In this document: one piece after another, positions 40,701 to 52,712 of the stretch
Numbering within the stretch: the stretch's first letter is position 1
Layout: every line of letters begins with the position of its first letter
From: Phoronis australis
Lineage: Eukaryota > Animalia > Phoronida
Length of the DNA stretch: 64,000 nt
Direction: 5' to 3'
NCBI GenBank assembly: GCA_002633005.1
Contig: NMRA01000029.1
Coordinates: 1 to 64,000, forward strand
Made by a program: the position numbers and the translations under genes
Notes under the pieces: generated by a model
What the model saw: only the letters and a program-made list of their open reading frames with translations
Told to the model about the DNA's origin: nothing
Database searches by the model: none

Positions 40701-41592
40701 GTGTTTAACCTGTAAACGAATCCAATGCTCACACCATTGTCTTGTTGAGAACTCGACCACCGAACATCGTTCGTTCAACGCAGAAACAAAACGGAAATTT
40801 CCAGGAAAGATGGTAGCGGATGATTGCAGCAACGAAGAGGCTCCTATTGTCCAAACAGTTGAGTCAACTAAAAGCAATAGATTTTCAGCTAATGCAATGC
40901 CTAGCTCACATTCGTCGAGGCCCTGCATCCAAAGCCATCCGTCCTCTGTACAAGCGCATATGCCATCCATGCCATCCTTCGGCATAAGTCGTAACAACTC
41001 GGCTCCAGATCATTCGGTGACACCCACATCTTCAGCTTACTTATCTCCTTCCGCTACGCCAGATGTCGCTGCCCAGGAACAACAGGTAACACAACAATCG
41101 AGAATACGACCACAACCACCATCACGAGTAAGACTTCTCGATTCAACAGAAGATCAGAGCAATCGGTCCCGGTCAGTACCTGCCAAACAATCCTTTTATA
41201 AACTTCATCACAAACACGGAAACTCCCCGCAGGTCCCCAACAAAAGTAGGTCTTCTCGACGAATCTCTGATGCTGTTTCTGATAACTTACAACATCCGGG
41301 TTCCAGCAATGAAAACGAAACTCGTTTGATGTCCTCGGCATGTGGAGAAAATGATTTCTCTCCTGTGGCAGATCAACAGTTCACCGGTGGTGGCAGCGGC
41401 AGTAACGTAAACCCTTACCAGAAGCCACCGTGTCCACCATCTGTGTCACGTATCAGAAAAGGTTATGCTGACACCATTCCGTCATCAACCAATAGCACGG
41501 AGAGAAAATCGACTCTGACAGATTTGTTCCTACAGTTTGAAAAAGGTGCTTTGCCTAATTCAGAAGTGTCTCTAGAAGATTTAACAAAATAA
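40701..41592 (+). CDS. Terminal coding exon, Ser/Pro-rich; probably the last exon of the BTB-BACK gene
   Basis: Strong acceptor ccattttcAG|G at 40699-40700, ~296 open codons to TAA 41590-41592. Phase 2 matches the donor at 14452 (TG+G=Trp, giving LLNALW-CLTCKRIQ). AATAAA at 41588 and 42901. Confidence 0.7.
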
Positions 41593-41989
41593 ACTATATC
41601 TCTACTCCTTATACTTGTTTTTATCAGAAATATTGCCATGAGGATGAATTAGACATGTTACAAGAAATGAGATTTGTATACCATTTCAATTATTTTGTAC
41701 CTGAACCATATCAGCTAGAGCGTCGCATGAAATACAGAATTCGCATTCCATACAATGCGGAGAAATGAGTACTGACATGTTTTACCAGACGTGCATTTAC
41801 TCTAAATCATTTTTTCTTTTCAATGGTGCGACAATGATATCAGAAACTCATCGCGCCTAAGGTTGTGGACTTAAAATGTCCCGTTTCATTTATACATTCA
41901 TGCTTTGCTCATATATCCATGGCATTTGTTAGGTTAAGTTGGGCGTAGCCTGTCTACAGATGGCCAGTATTGTATATTACGTGCCTTTG

Positions 41990-42139
41990 GGCCCAGTTGC
42001 ATAGAAGTTATACGCCGTATAGCAACAGTGGCTTGGCGTTATCACGCGCCACTTTGTTATTGTTGAACAATCCACCTGACGTCATGCAACAATCAAACTT
42101 ATCCAGCGGATAACTTTTGAAGCTTTATGCAACTCAGCC
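41990..42139. mobile_element. PIF/Harbinger-like MITE in the putative 3'UTR
   Basis: TIR ggcccagttgcata / tatgcaactcagcc; near-identical 3 bp flanks ttg / ctg. Confidence 0.55.
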
Positions 42140-45100
42140 CTGGTGTAAGTAAATATTCTTGGTTAAATCGTCGTCATCTAATAGAATCATAATGTGTTGA
42201 GCTCGATCGTCTTAACGTTCCATTTTGCTGAGGCTTCGATGATAGTTCCCAGTTTTGTAAATTTCTATGTGCATAAAGACGCCAGGATCTAATGTGCACT
42301 ACTAATAACTTGGCAAACGTGAATTGGTACGTAGACTAAGACGTGAAAGTGCGTCTTCTCCAGATACGGAAATTTGCAGTGAGTAATTATTGCCCGTTGA
42401 ATCCTCGAGGCCTTGAACGGAAGAAAATAATATTTACATTCAAACAAGCTGCCTTGAGTGAAACATTCGATTGGCAATAATGGAATTCAAGGCCCAGACT
42501 TCCCAAAACAATGTTACTTCTGACTAAAACATCAGTGACAGGTTTGAATTAAGATAACTGAATCGTCCTATTTCGTGTAGCCGAAGCTCGCTGATATGTC
42601 GCGGGACACGGAACGCGGCCTTGGAATCGCTGGAACAGTAAGCTGGGATCGATGGGTCTGTCAGAAGGTACCTGAACAGCAGTGGTTTTGTCAAGATATT
42701 GGTTGTTTCTTACTTTTTGATAGAGAAGGAAATCACATTCTATGAATAATGATCCCAACAGATTCATATTCATTTATGGTGGTGTCTTAATCCCCTCGCC
42801 TTTCATACTATTTCGTCGGTGAAGCGGTTTTCGAAGAGATGGTTGAAAATACGTTCAGTTTTGCTGTTAACCCAACATCTCTGCTTCTGTGACAAGTTTG
42901 AATAAATATTGGGTACAATCACAATGGGTGACATAACTTTTTGGTAAATTTTATGTAAGAGGTCAACAAACTTTCACTATCTAACTATCGACTTCCTTAT
43001 TATAAAATCTCCTTTTGAGCAGTGTGATTTAATGAGAGTAATCAAAATCAAGTATCTTGCATTACTACACATAATCAACCGATGTAATCAGCTAAGATGT
43101 AGTAGTTTAGGTAAGACTTTATATTGATTTGTTGAAGACATTTTGGTTCATTTGACCAATTATCATTGATTTTTTAAAAGCTCCACGTAGCGCCATATTT
43201 GAAAATTGTTGTTTTGGCTCCTGTTTTGGCATACCCGGCACTCACTTGGGTATTTTGTAGCCTCAAATATCCCTCGGACGTAAACGTTATTTGGTCATAT
43301 GTGAACTTCAATCATGCGGCCAATTATTCTCCAGTTTGAAGTCACGAGAACTTGATATATGACTGAAGCTCGCCCGTGTGCAGACAACGTTCACCTTCGA
43401 GCGGAAGTTTAAAGGCTAGGAAATTACCCGAATTGTTCCGAATGGTTTAGAGGTGAAACCCTTGGTTTCGGTTTAATTCGGTGAATTAGCATCCCAAAAT
43501 ATACATGATGAAACCATGGATAGGAGGGAGTTCACTGATTCTTTCAACGGAAAGATTTCGGCGCTTGCTTGTTTTATTTCCCTTTGACACTTGCCACTTT
43601 GGGTTGACCTTATTAGCGCGAAGCGTACATTTTGATGAATTTCGGAGGTGCCTGTTACATACTGAATAAACAATAACTAGTTAATACGTACACCCTTGAA
43701 AAAGTTCTGCACTCGCGTTTGGGTAGTCCTTACATTTAGGTTAGTTTTAATCTTTTTGATGCGGTCAAGCACCATCCAAAGACAACTGAAGATTTACTAT
43801 TTTTCAGTGTACAAAAATGTTACTCAAATTTGTTTCCAATTCATAATCTTTACTGTCACAACATTCCATTGTATACAGTGCCTTATAACTTCTGTATATG
43901 GGCATAGATTATAGACAACAGATTCGCAACTCCGTCATTTTCTTGCGCACTATCCTAGAGAAGGCGCCACTCTCCTAAATTATCTGTTTTAGTTTCCGGT
44001 TAGTGTATTGTGACGACACAACAGTCGACCATGATTAGCAGACGACGTACTTGCCAGAAATAAAACCGGATAATTCTCTTCTGTAAGAGCACAGATTTCG
44101 TCCGTTGAAAGTATACGCAGTTGGCTGTCCTTGTACATGTCTATGATACAGGCGACTGTTAACAGATGCTACGGCAAAGGATTACCGTACTAACCGTTAC
44201 AACCAAAAGTGCCCACCTCATTAGCACATCCAACCCGAAATTACCATAGCGAGTTTTTACAAGTATGAGGATTATTGCCACTATTGGAAACCGTGTACCT
44301 GCAAACTGCAGTTGCCATGATTAGCAGATTACCCAGCAACCTCTGCTGAGAGTTAAATTTTTTGGTCCTGCCTTTGAGTCATGGGTTTTTTGGATCGGCC
44401 ATGGATTTTAGTGGTGCTGCAACTAGGTTTTTGTATGTTCTGACCATAGTTTAAGCGGAGCGACTATATGCCTTGTTTCCACATCAGTCTTGGTGATTGA
44501 TACCATATACAATATCAATTAAAAAGATAATTATTGACCAGCATATGCTGTTATCCAATGATGATGCTGTTTGCTAATTATATTTAAGTAAATATTTGGT
44601 ATTAATGACAATCATATGTGTTTTTACTTGTACTGAAAAATAACATCCCGAACTTACTCGCCAGTACATCTAAGTGCATAGTGTTATTCTGTATTGAAAC
44701 ATATACCGCTTTGAAAACTCATTTCTAATATGTATTCCAAAATCAGATGTTTTCTGTTGTATCAGAACAAACAAATCCCTGCAAAATCTGACTTATATCG
44801 AAGTTGATATTGGAAATTTTGTAGATTTGCACTATTTGCTTACGAGCTTTGTTTTGTGACGAAACTCGCGCAAAAAAGTTAAGTGCATAGTAACCAGAAT
44901 ATTAAACCTGTACGACTGAATTGCGCATCCAACCTTTACCCAAATTACAGAATTTCCCACTCGAAACCGAATTGAAATACACCCAATCGAGCCGATGTAG
45001 CATTAATTATGACCCCGTGAAAAAAGACCCCAGTTAGTTTTTTCACAGGATCTGAACTTAATGTGAAGAACTTTCAGTCCATGAAAAAATAACCCCACGT

Positions 45101-45194
45101 CCGTGAAAACTTGTCCCGTCATTATTCAACGGCTCCCTCGCAACAGGGGGTTGGGATAAGCAGTCAGCGTGCTTGTGAGAAGAATTTATTTTAA

Positions 45195-46152
45195 ACAGTA
45201 CACACCATGGATTTTTGCACATTTTGAATTACCGGTGGCCACAGACTAAACGTATGACGTAAAATTTAGCTAAACCCATGTTTATTTTGTGTAATTAGCT
45301 CAAAATTTTAATTTTTCTTTCAATTTTGCCAATTTTCACATTTCCCGCCATGTGACGTCATGGGTTGAACACAAGAGATCAGTGACTAGCATTGAACAAT
45401 GGCGGAGACCAGGGAATTTGAAAGTGACGACGATTATGAGCCAGAATTGAACGAATACTATGAAGAAACGTATGAGAATGGTGGCCAGGATGAGGAAATG
45501 GGGTTGCACGAAAGCGAGAACAAGTTTAATGTGCTTCCGGCTGCGTACTTTTCTACTTTGAGCCTTATGAACTGGATCCTCCCGCGAGAGAAGCGGCCTC
45601 GGGCTCGGCGAGTCAACCCAGTCATCCAACAGACGATCCTGAATTAAGAGCTGATGTTTCTGAATGATAAATATTGTCCTTTATTGAACCAGGCCTTCAT
45701 CGTCTCCTGTGACTGGAGTCGAAACACGAGTCCTCAAAGTGGGCAGAACACAGAGTGGCCCCGGACCGAATCGCTTGGTCCACGATGACGTCCCACACTC
45801 TCGTTCGGCGCACGAAGTCATGCCACTTCTGCGCAACTTTGGTGTCCTTCGGAACACCGAGACGTTTTCCGCCTGGCTGCTGTTGCTGCAGCCTCCGGAA
45901 ACACATCTTTTGATCCCTCTACGAACCTTCTCGACGCTAAATGTACTTTGCATTCTCTTCACTCTATACACTTTGTCTCTGATCCGAACGGTATGGCGAA
46001 CGACCTGGGTTCAACCCATGACGTTGTACATAATTATTATTTTTTTCAATTTTTGCGTGTTTCTTTATGAGCTGTGCACTAAAGGCACTGAAATCAAGTA
46101 AGATATAATAATAAAATTTATTTTGAGGTACTAGAGTCATGTTGTGTACACT
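45195..46152. mobile_element. Kolobok deletion derivative with convergent KolX-like (+) and THAP (-) gene starts
   Basis: TTAA 45191-45194 and 46153-46156; imperfect TIR acagtacacaccatg / catgttgtgtacact. The - strand carries a frameshifted THAP domain (KRCVSGGCSNSSQAENVSVF / PKDTKVAQKWHDFVRRTR...LCSAHFEDSCF). The + strand carries an acidic ORF from 45399 with YFEP...RADVSE, resembling KolX/P2RX7-C-terminal-like N-termini. Confidence 0.8.
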
Positions 46153-47417
46153 TTAAATTTCTCGGCTGAGTGTCGCACAGTACGTATATCAGATTAAGGG
46201 CAGGGATGGATTGGAACGGTCCGAAATAATGTGTGGGAGCGGGGCTGATCGCTTTGTGAGCACACAATTACACGGTGTGAAGATACTACAAAATGCCAAC
46301 AAGTGCCTGATGCTTGATCGGGGGACTTCAGATCCGTGATAGAGGACTGCTGTGCGTGAGAGAAGAATATTTGGCAATTCAGAGCGATGCACAGGAAAGG
46401 AACTGAGTCTGTGTTCTTTGCCTTTTACATTACGCCGTTCTCCCGTTGAGTCTAACTTGTATATCACAACAAGTTGGATTACCGCTGTAGCCAATATCTT
46501 ACACTAACGACTTATTAAGTCCATTCTGGCAATTAGGGTTGGAGGGTCAGCTCTCTTTTGTTCGATAATTGCTCTAATCTCCGATAATATCGTATCTTAT
46601 ATCCTCACTGGGCTGTGCTGTTATAAAATGTTTCAACATAAACCAACGGCATTTCTGATCAAGCTTATAGTTTTGAATCGCCAAAATCGCCCCAACTACA
46701 GTCGAAGTTAAGATCATCTATTCTGTCCGAACATACCAACGTTCTGGGTTTGACTGTGTTCTCATATGATCGTTTACAAGTCTGGTAGATAATTTATCTG
46801 CATGTTGTCCTACCAGACAAAAGACTATGCTCGGCAGTTAACAAAGGAGCTAGATGCTAACACACGGCTCACAACCGCTGTAGTGAACGCCAGAACGCCC
46901 TGTCATTTATTTATATGACCCCATGAGGTCATTTTCACAGTAGTTTACATTAAATTTAAAAGCGACCAGGGTCATATTTTAATTTTACCAAGTTACCCGG
47001 GTCATTTTTCAACACCCAGTGAAATGGCTTATTGCGGCACCACGAAAGTTCGTCCCGAGTGAGCGGCTCGTCTCCTGGATGTAATGTATTTGCATCGAAA
47101 AAATAAAACGCTCGCCGTGGATTGACAGGCGTGAAGCCTCTTGGGCCACTCGAGAATCTGTCACTGGTTGCAATCTTCTAATAGTTTGATATTTCCCCTA
47201 TTGACTGATTAACTCTTAAAAAACGCATGTAAGGGCTACATCACATGTTTTTGTATGTTTTTGGAAAAATCACACTCTTCGGCCTCTTTATTTGTTAGAT
47301 ATCGCGCTTTGGAAAGGACAATTTACCCCGTTAGTTTACACGGCAAATTAGCCGTGTCACGTGGCTAGTAGCACTCTCCAATATGGCGTCAAGTTGTCAG
47401 CTGCAGTAGCTCGTGCA

Positions 47418-47563
47418 CCAGGCGTGTGTTCAGTAGACGCTAGGTCCTAGCTAAAACCTAGTCAAAGTCACGTGTTCTCATTTAAAATACACGACAATTT
47501 CTCACGTAATCTCGCGAAGTCTTGCTTTTTAGCGAGGTCCTAGCATTGCTGAACGGTAGGCAG
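47418..47563. repeat. Dispersed ~150 bp MITE-like repeat, copy 2
   Basis: Homologous to 21778-21932 in the same orientation; ends gttcagtagacgctagg / cctagcattgctgaac. Confidence 0.75.
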
Positions 47564-47569
47564 GTCCAT

Positions 47570-48289
47570 ACTATTAAGATGTCTATGAGTGCTACATACG
47601 TCTGGTTACTATGGTGAGACGTCTTTGTAACCGAAATTTTAACAACCAGTTTCAGAAATGTTCAGCATATTCTAAAGTACCTATATGCCTAATTCCGTGC
47701 TTTTGTCGCAGTCTGAGCAACTTTGAGTGAATTATTAACCCACCACCAGGACAAAGTCTCCAGCAGCTCTGTTGAAAACAAGGTTTGAGAAGCCCCCTTG
47801 GTGTTTCGTCCAGATCAAATCGTTTTGCAAGTCTGGTACATTTGAAATATGTTAGCAGAAGTCAATATTTCTCTCCTTTTATCTTGAAATGATCCCTAAA
47901 ATATTTTAAGTTGACGACTAACAAAAGAACAGTGGTCACGTTTCTGTTGAAGAAGTCAAGCTGCCGACAAAGTGAAACCCACACTCTTTCACAGTGCTAC
48001 GAAAGGTAGAACTGTTGAATGTTGTTTAACATGGCCTCTCATTGGTTAAAGTAATGAAACCGACGTCATAATATTCAGTCATTCCCATTGGTTGGGAAAC
48101 CCCTTGGAGTTTACAGTTACCAAGTATGGCGACCAACTTTGACTTGAAAAGTTACATTTTATTACAACGGGCAGTGATCGAAGTAATCAAAATCAAGACA
48201 AGTCCGATCAAGTGGCTTTTAAGCCCAACCAAGTACAGTGTCTAAAGTCGTGTGCAAGTGGTGGCGATGTGATCGATGTGCTTCCTACC
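47570..48289. mobile_element. Possible AcademH-like fragment: RecQ helicase start (+) and divergent degenerate ORF (-)
   Basis: FKPNQVQCLKSCASGGDVIDVLPT at 48218-48289 resembles the RecQ Q-motif/pre-Walker A, truncated just before G..GKS. ATG at 48126; divergent ATG at 48032 (-). The spacer has two ATTGG boxes and GACGTCA. Confidence 0.45.
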
Positions 48290-48591
48290 AAGGCATGCGC
48301 ATTGATGCCCACACACGGAATTCCGTGTGTCGGTCATCATGTTCCACAGGGCCACTTTTGAATATAGGTGTCGCTGTATCAGAGGGTAAGTGAAACCTTC
48401 CCCTTGTAATATCTGTTGAAGGAGAATGCCATCCGATTTAATTAGTCTTTTTGCCGTCTTAATCGGTCTATATCTACATCGCCTCGCATACGGTCGACCT
48501 TACCGTGCCAAGAGGTGTCGCGTTAACCTGTGAGGAAGGTGAGAAACGACGCTAGCGACGTCAGTGGTTCATATGCAGAGTGAATGCCGCT

Positions 48592-50073
48592 ATGTTGCGG
48601 TGCATAGTTCCCGCTTGTCCGAAATAAGCAACTGCCAGGAAAGCGGGAATATCGTTTTTCTTACTTCCTCGAGAGTCCGAAATGCTTAGGAAGTGGCTCA
48701 TGGTAGTGAAGAATGAAATGTACGCTGTAAATAGCAAGTATGAGGCCGTGAAACATCTCCGTGTCTGTGGCCTGCAGACGTCGACAGTGCCTCACGAATG
48801 CCGGCTTACCAAATAACTCCATACGTTCCGTTGTCTGAGCTTGTTCACGGCGCCTTTCTAGTATTTCTTCATCACTGTATTCCTGTTCGAATTGATAGCC
48901 TGTAAAACTTGACGATCCACCTGCTAACTCGGGACTGATGAGCTCTAGCACGTCCTAAGTCGGGATTGCGAGTTGCCATGTTGGTGTTTATTATTGAGCG
49001 TTCTGTTTCAAAATGAATTATTCTCACCCTAACCAATACTTGTATAAAACTGAAACAAAGTCTGTCTCATTAGATGCATTTTTTAATGCCTTTGGAGTGT
49101 TCGTGAGTGGAAATAATTTGAGAAGCCAGCAATGAATAAATCACTGCGTAACCGGCTTTAGGTAAAATAAATCTAATTGACGGGACACCGAGGCCGTGTG
49201 AGCTCATGCTAATTTAGTGTTTGCTGGCAGAAACTGTTGTGAAACAACTCCGGCGATTGCCATCCCACGGCCAGGTGTTAGGGGAATCTTTATTTACATT
49301 TACATTTACATTACTCAAATAATGATTGTCAATGTACAACATCTGCCCTGACGGTGCTGTGGCCAAAGCGGAACCTGAATTCGCGGCCCCCGACGAGTAA
49401 GTAGACTCAGTTTCGTTTAGCTCACTAGTATAGTATTTTCTTGACTGGAAGTTTAGTTTCCACTCAACTTTGGCTGGATTATGTTCATGATGTCTGATCA
49501 GTTTCCGAGCCGCTGGCCGGGATAACGAGTCAATCCGGCCGGCCGCGCGACGCTGGGGCCTGATCGGGCTCCGAGCCACTAGCCAGGACAACAAGCGTTT
49601 TGTGTTTAGAACTCAAAAATCACAAGTCTAAACAACACAGATCTAGGTTCTCCTGTCTGTATCTCACGGAAAATACTTCGAAATTATCTCCGAACACACC
49701 CCAAACTCCTGCTACGGACCTTATTGGGCCTGCCGAACTTTGTAGGCTATGGTGTGTCCAAATACCAATAAATCCGTAAGAGCGAAATAAAACAACACGT
49801 TTTTATAAGAACTCTGTGTATTTTAAGGGTGTTACATCGAAGTTTGATGATTTATTGGTGTTAAACGATGACTTCAAGCGATAAGCTGACACCAGTAACC
49901 CGTGTTGTGAACTGCTGAACAGACTGCGTGTGAAACCGATGACGTCATTGGATAATTTCAACAACTCCGTCTGCCGTCAGGTGTCAGGTAACGCAACCGT
50001 ACGTGTCGTTATGGAGTAGAACTACTCGATCTAAATTGATGCAAATTAGGTTGTTTTTGGGTGGCATGGTCCT
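48592..50073. mobile_element. Third Kolobok deletion derivative (left end not found)
   Basis: + strand THAP MLRCIVPACPK*ATARKAGISFFLLPRESEMLRKWLMVVKNE from 48592. The - strand reads GYQFEQEYSDEEILERRR...HCRRL (KolX-like; ATG 48979). Right terminus ggcatggtcct|TTAA (50074-50077). Confidence 0.7.
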
Positions 50074-50077
50074 TTAA

Positions 50078-50560
50078 GGTTATGTAGGAAGTCCAATCAT
50101 GGCGAACTTCGGTATATCGTATCTCAGAAATGGCTGGTAGGATTCACCGGCTGTTCTCCAAAACGCTGTTGAGGATTGTTTCTCAAATGTTCCACTTTTG
50201 AGAGGCTATCTATACGGTGGCCCGAAGATGACATCGCGTGTTTCTTTTTTAATTAACCGGCCACTGTGGTTATTAAAATGAGACTTATAGGATTTTACGA
50301 AAAGTTTGATAAAGTTGCAGCATGAAACGAAAACGAGATGATAATTTAGAAAACTGCATTAGAGCCTTTGAAATTTTATCTCGAAAATTTATATCATGCA
50401 AAATTTGGTCGTGTTATTGATCCTGCAGTTTTGATATGAATGCACCTTTCTAAATTTTCCTAAAAAACAAGGTTATGTGGCCGAAGTAGTGGCGGATTAC
50501 TTTAAAGTCAAAAATCAAATTCTGCGAAATTTCTGCTTTCAGAAAATATATACTTTGCTG
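50078..50560. repeat. TTAA-initiated dispersed repeat abutting the Kolobok end
   Basis: Starts GG directly after the shared TTAA. The segment aacttcggtatatcgtatctcagaaatggctggtaggattcac is shared with ~59662-59704. Right end approximate. Confidence 0.45.
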
Positions 50561-51359
50561 AGTTAAATTCTATAGTTTGGTAGATATTTAGCTAAATGTG
50601 GAGACTTGTTGATAAGGTCCAGACCTATATGATCTAAAAGTGAAAGAGGAAGCTGTGGGCAGCAAACAGACATGTTTCCCCCTGAGCCCAACCACAGGGA
50701 CCAACGTCCCTTCGGTAGAACGAACGTTTCCGGTTCAGCAGTCCATACAGATGCAATTTTCATGGAAATTCATATAACGAAAACAACTATTTCGATTTTC
50801 AGGTCAAGGACCTGGTTAATTTTAAAATCACCTTTATGATCTTTAAATATTTCCTGTTCAAATCACGCATCGACGTTTTCTGTTAACGATTTACAAATCG
50901 ATATGAAAGTGTACTCATTTCATCTTGTCATCCGCTTCTTGTGATCCAAACAACAGGGTTACCCTCTCAAAGTAATTTAACTCAATCATAACATGCAATC
51001 TGAACTAAACAGCTAAAAGTAATGCCATGACGAGTTCGCTCAACGTATGCGTAAGTACGGGAATGTTTTACGTTCGTAGAAATACGCTGAAGTCCATTTT
51101 ATTTGGCCGTTGCTTGAAATATGTTTTATCGTTACTTCTTTTCCCCCACTCCCGCGCGTGATGTTATTAGTGGGAAAATTTAAGTAATGTGTTCGTTTAT
51201 TGAATTCGTTATAGTGTGGCGGTGCCTTAATGCAATTATATAAATAGTTCCTCACACGGATCAGAGAGTTGCAAAACTAATTTACTACTTCGTGTCCGGG
51301 TTCACTAAATACAGATAACATCACACTCATATTTAGACTGTTTCTAAGAAGGCATATAC

Positions 51360-52712
51360 TATGGGCGGCCATTTGTGCAAAAAACATCAAATTGCGTATT
51401 CAGGTTATGGGCGGCCATTTGTACAAAAACATCAATTGTATATTCAGTTCTATTTAATAAACTTAATATCAAAATTGTACAATTCAATCCTTTTTGAGCA
51501 TTCAATGCTATTCCATCAATTCAATCCACACTCGTCGATTCCATATCGTGAACTCAATGCTGTTTTGTATATTCTATCCTGCTTTGTGAATTCAATCCAG
51601 TTTCATCGATTCTGCCTCATAACACAACTAATATATCGCACGTGCACAAGCGCATGAGTAAGGACATGTGCTCTGTGGCGGTAACCTCAAGCTGGAGATG
51701 TCGACAAGACTATTTACTCTCGAAATAGAAACTTTAAGAACATGTCTCCAAGAAACGCAACAGTTCGATAATGGTTTCCTGTATAGGCTGGAGCATTTGC
51801 TTTGGAGAATGTTGGATGTTCCAGGGCTAGAAGATGCAGCTTTGCCCTTGTCGCGCGCAGCCAATTTTTTGAAGGTTGCAAGTGATCTTAGTGACCATGT
51901 TCACAGTCACTGTGATTTCGCAGGCCTGAATGCCTGCCAACCGGGAGGATTGACGAAACAGAATCGACAAAATAGGATTGAACTCACGAAAGGATAGAAT
52001 ATACGAAGTTATTGGTTTCACCTGTAGGCCGCTAGGGTTGACGAAACAGAATCGACAAAACTGGATTAAATTTACGAAACGGGATTGAATTCACAACTCG
52101 TTAGAATAGACGAAACAGAATCTATTAAGGGGAGACAGGGCAGTGTATTATCAAAATCTGCAAATGTTGATGGATTTCAATAAAAATCACCTGGGATGTT
52201 GTTTTTGATATGGCAATCCCAAAACAATCCTTTCGAGAAAAAATATTCGGTTGCCATGGCAACGCCAAAATTACGTAACATTGGTACGTCCACGAGAAAC
52301 GTTATAACTCATTAACCTGTTTACATATTTCTGATCTGTTTTCTATGAATTATAATAAAAGTAAGGATCTACAAAACTACAGAAGCAAATTCAATTTTTT
52401 TAACAGTAATTTTTATGCGGTCTTGAAAATTGGAAAAAAAGAATCGGGAATAAACAATATTTCATAAGTCATATTTTTTTCAGTTGAGATTTTGAAAAAA
52501 TGCTTCTGTAGTTTTGTAGATATACATGTAAAGATAGTCCACGCCAAATGTAATAAGTATAGCTCAAATAGTTTTTTATTTACAACATTTTAGGGTTGAC
52601 GAAACAGAATCGACAAAACTGGATTAAATTCACAACACGTTAGAATAGACGAAACAGAATCTATTAAACAGCATTGAATTCACAAAACAGGTTAGAATAA
52701 ACAAAACAGCAT
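51360..52712 (+). mobile_element. IS3EU-like non-autonomous fragment with inverted subterminal repeats
   Basis: Starts TATGGGCGGCCAT (twice, 51360 and 51406; TAYGG is the IS3EU-type terminus). gtgaattcaat-type units on the left and gacgaaacagaatcgacaaaa..attgaattcac units on the right surround a short ORF (51668-51997). Right terminus not found. Confidence 0.45.
52129..52590. mobile_element. Truncated TTAA-inserted element within the IS3EU-like repeat
   Basis: Begins TTAA|GGGGAGACAGGG. Contains the palindrome gttgccatggcaac and the internal inverted repeat tctacaaaactacagaagca / tgcttctgtagttttgtaga. Confidence 0.5.

Noticed and set aside
51950-52712. Repeated gacgaaacagaatcgacaaaa units resembling CRISPR repeats
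   Set aside because: Irregular spacing and non-unique intervening sequence, with inverted counterparts upstream; these are transposon subterminal repeats.
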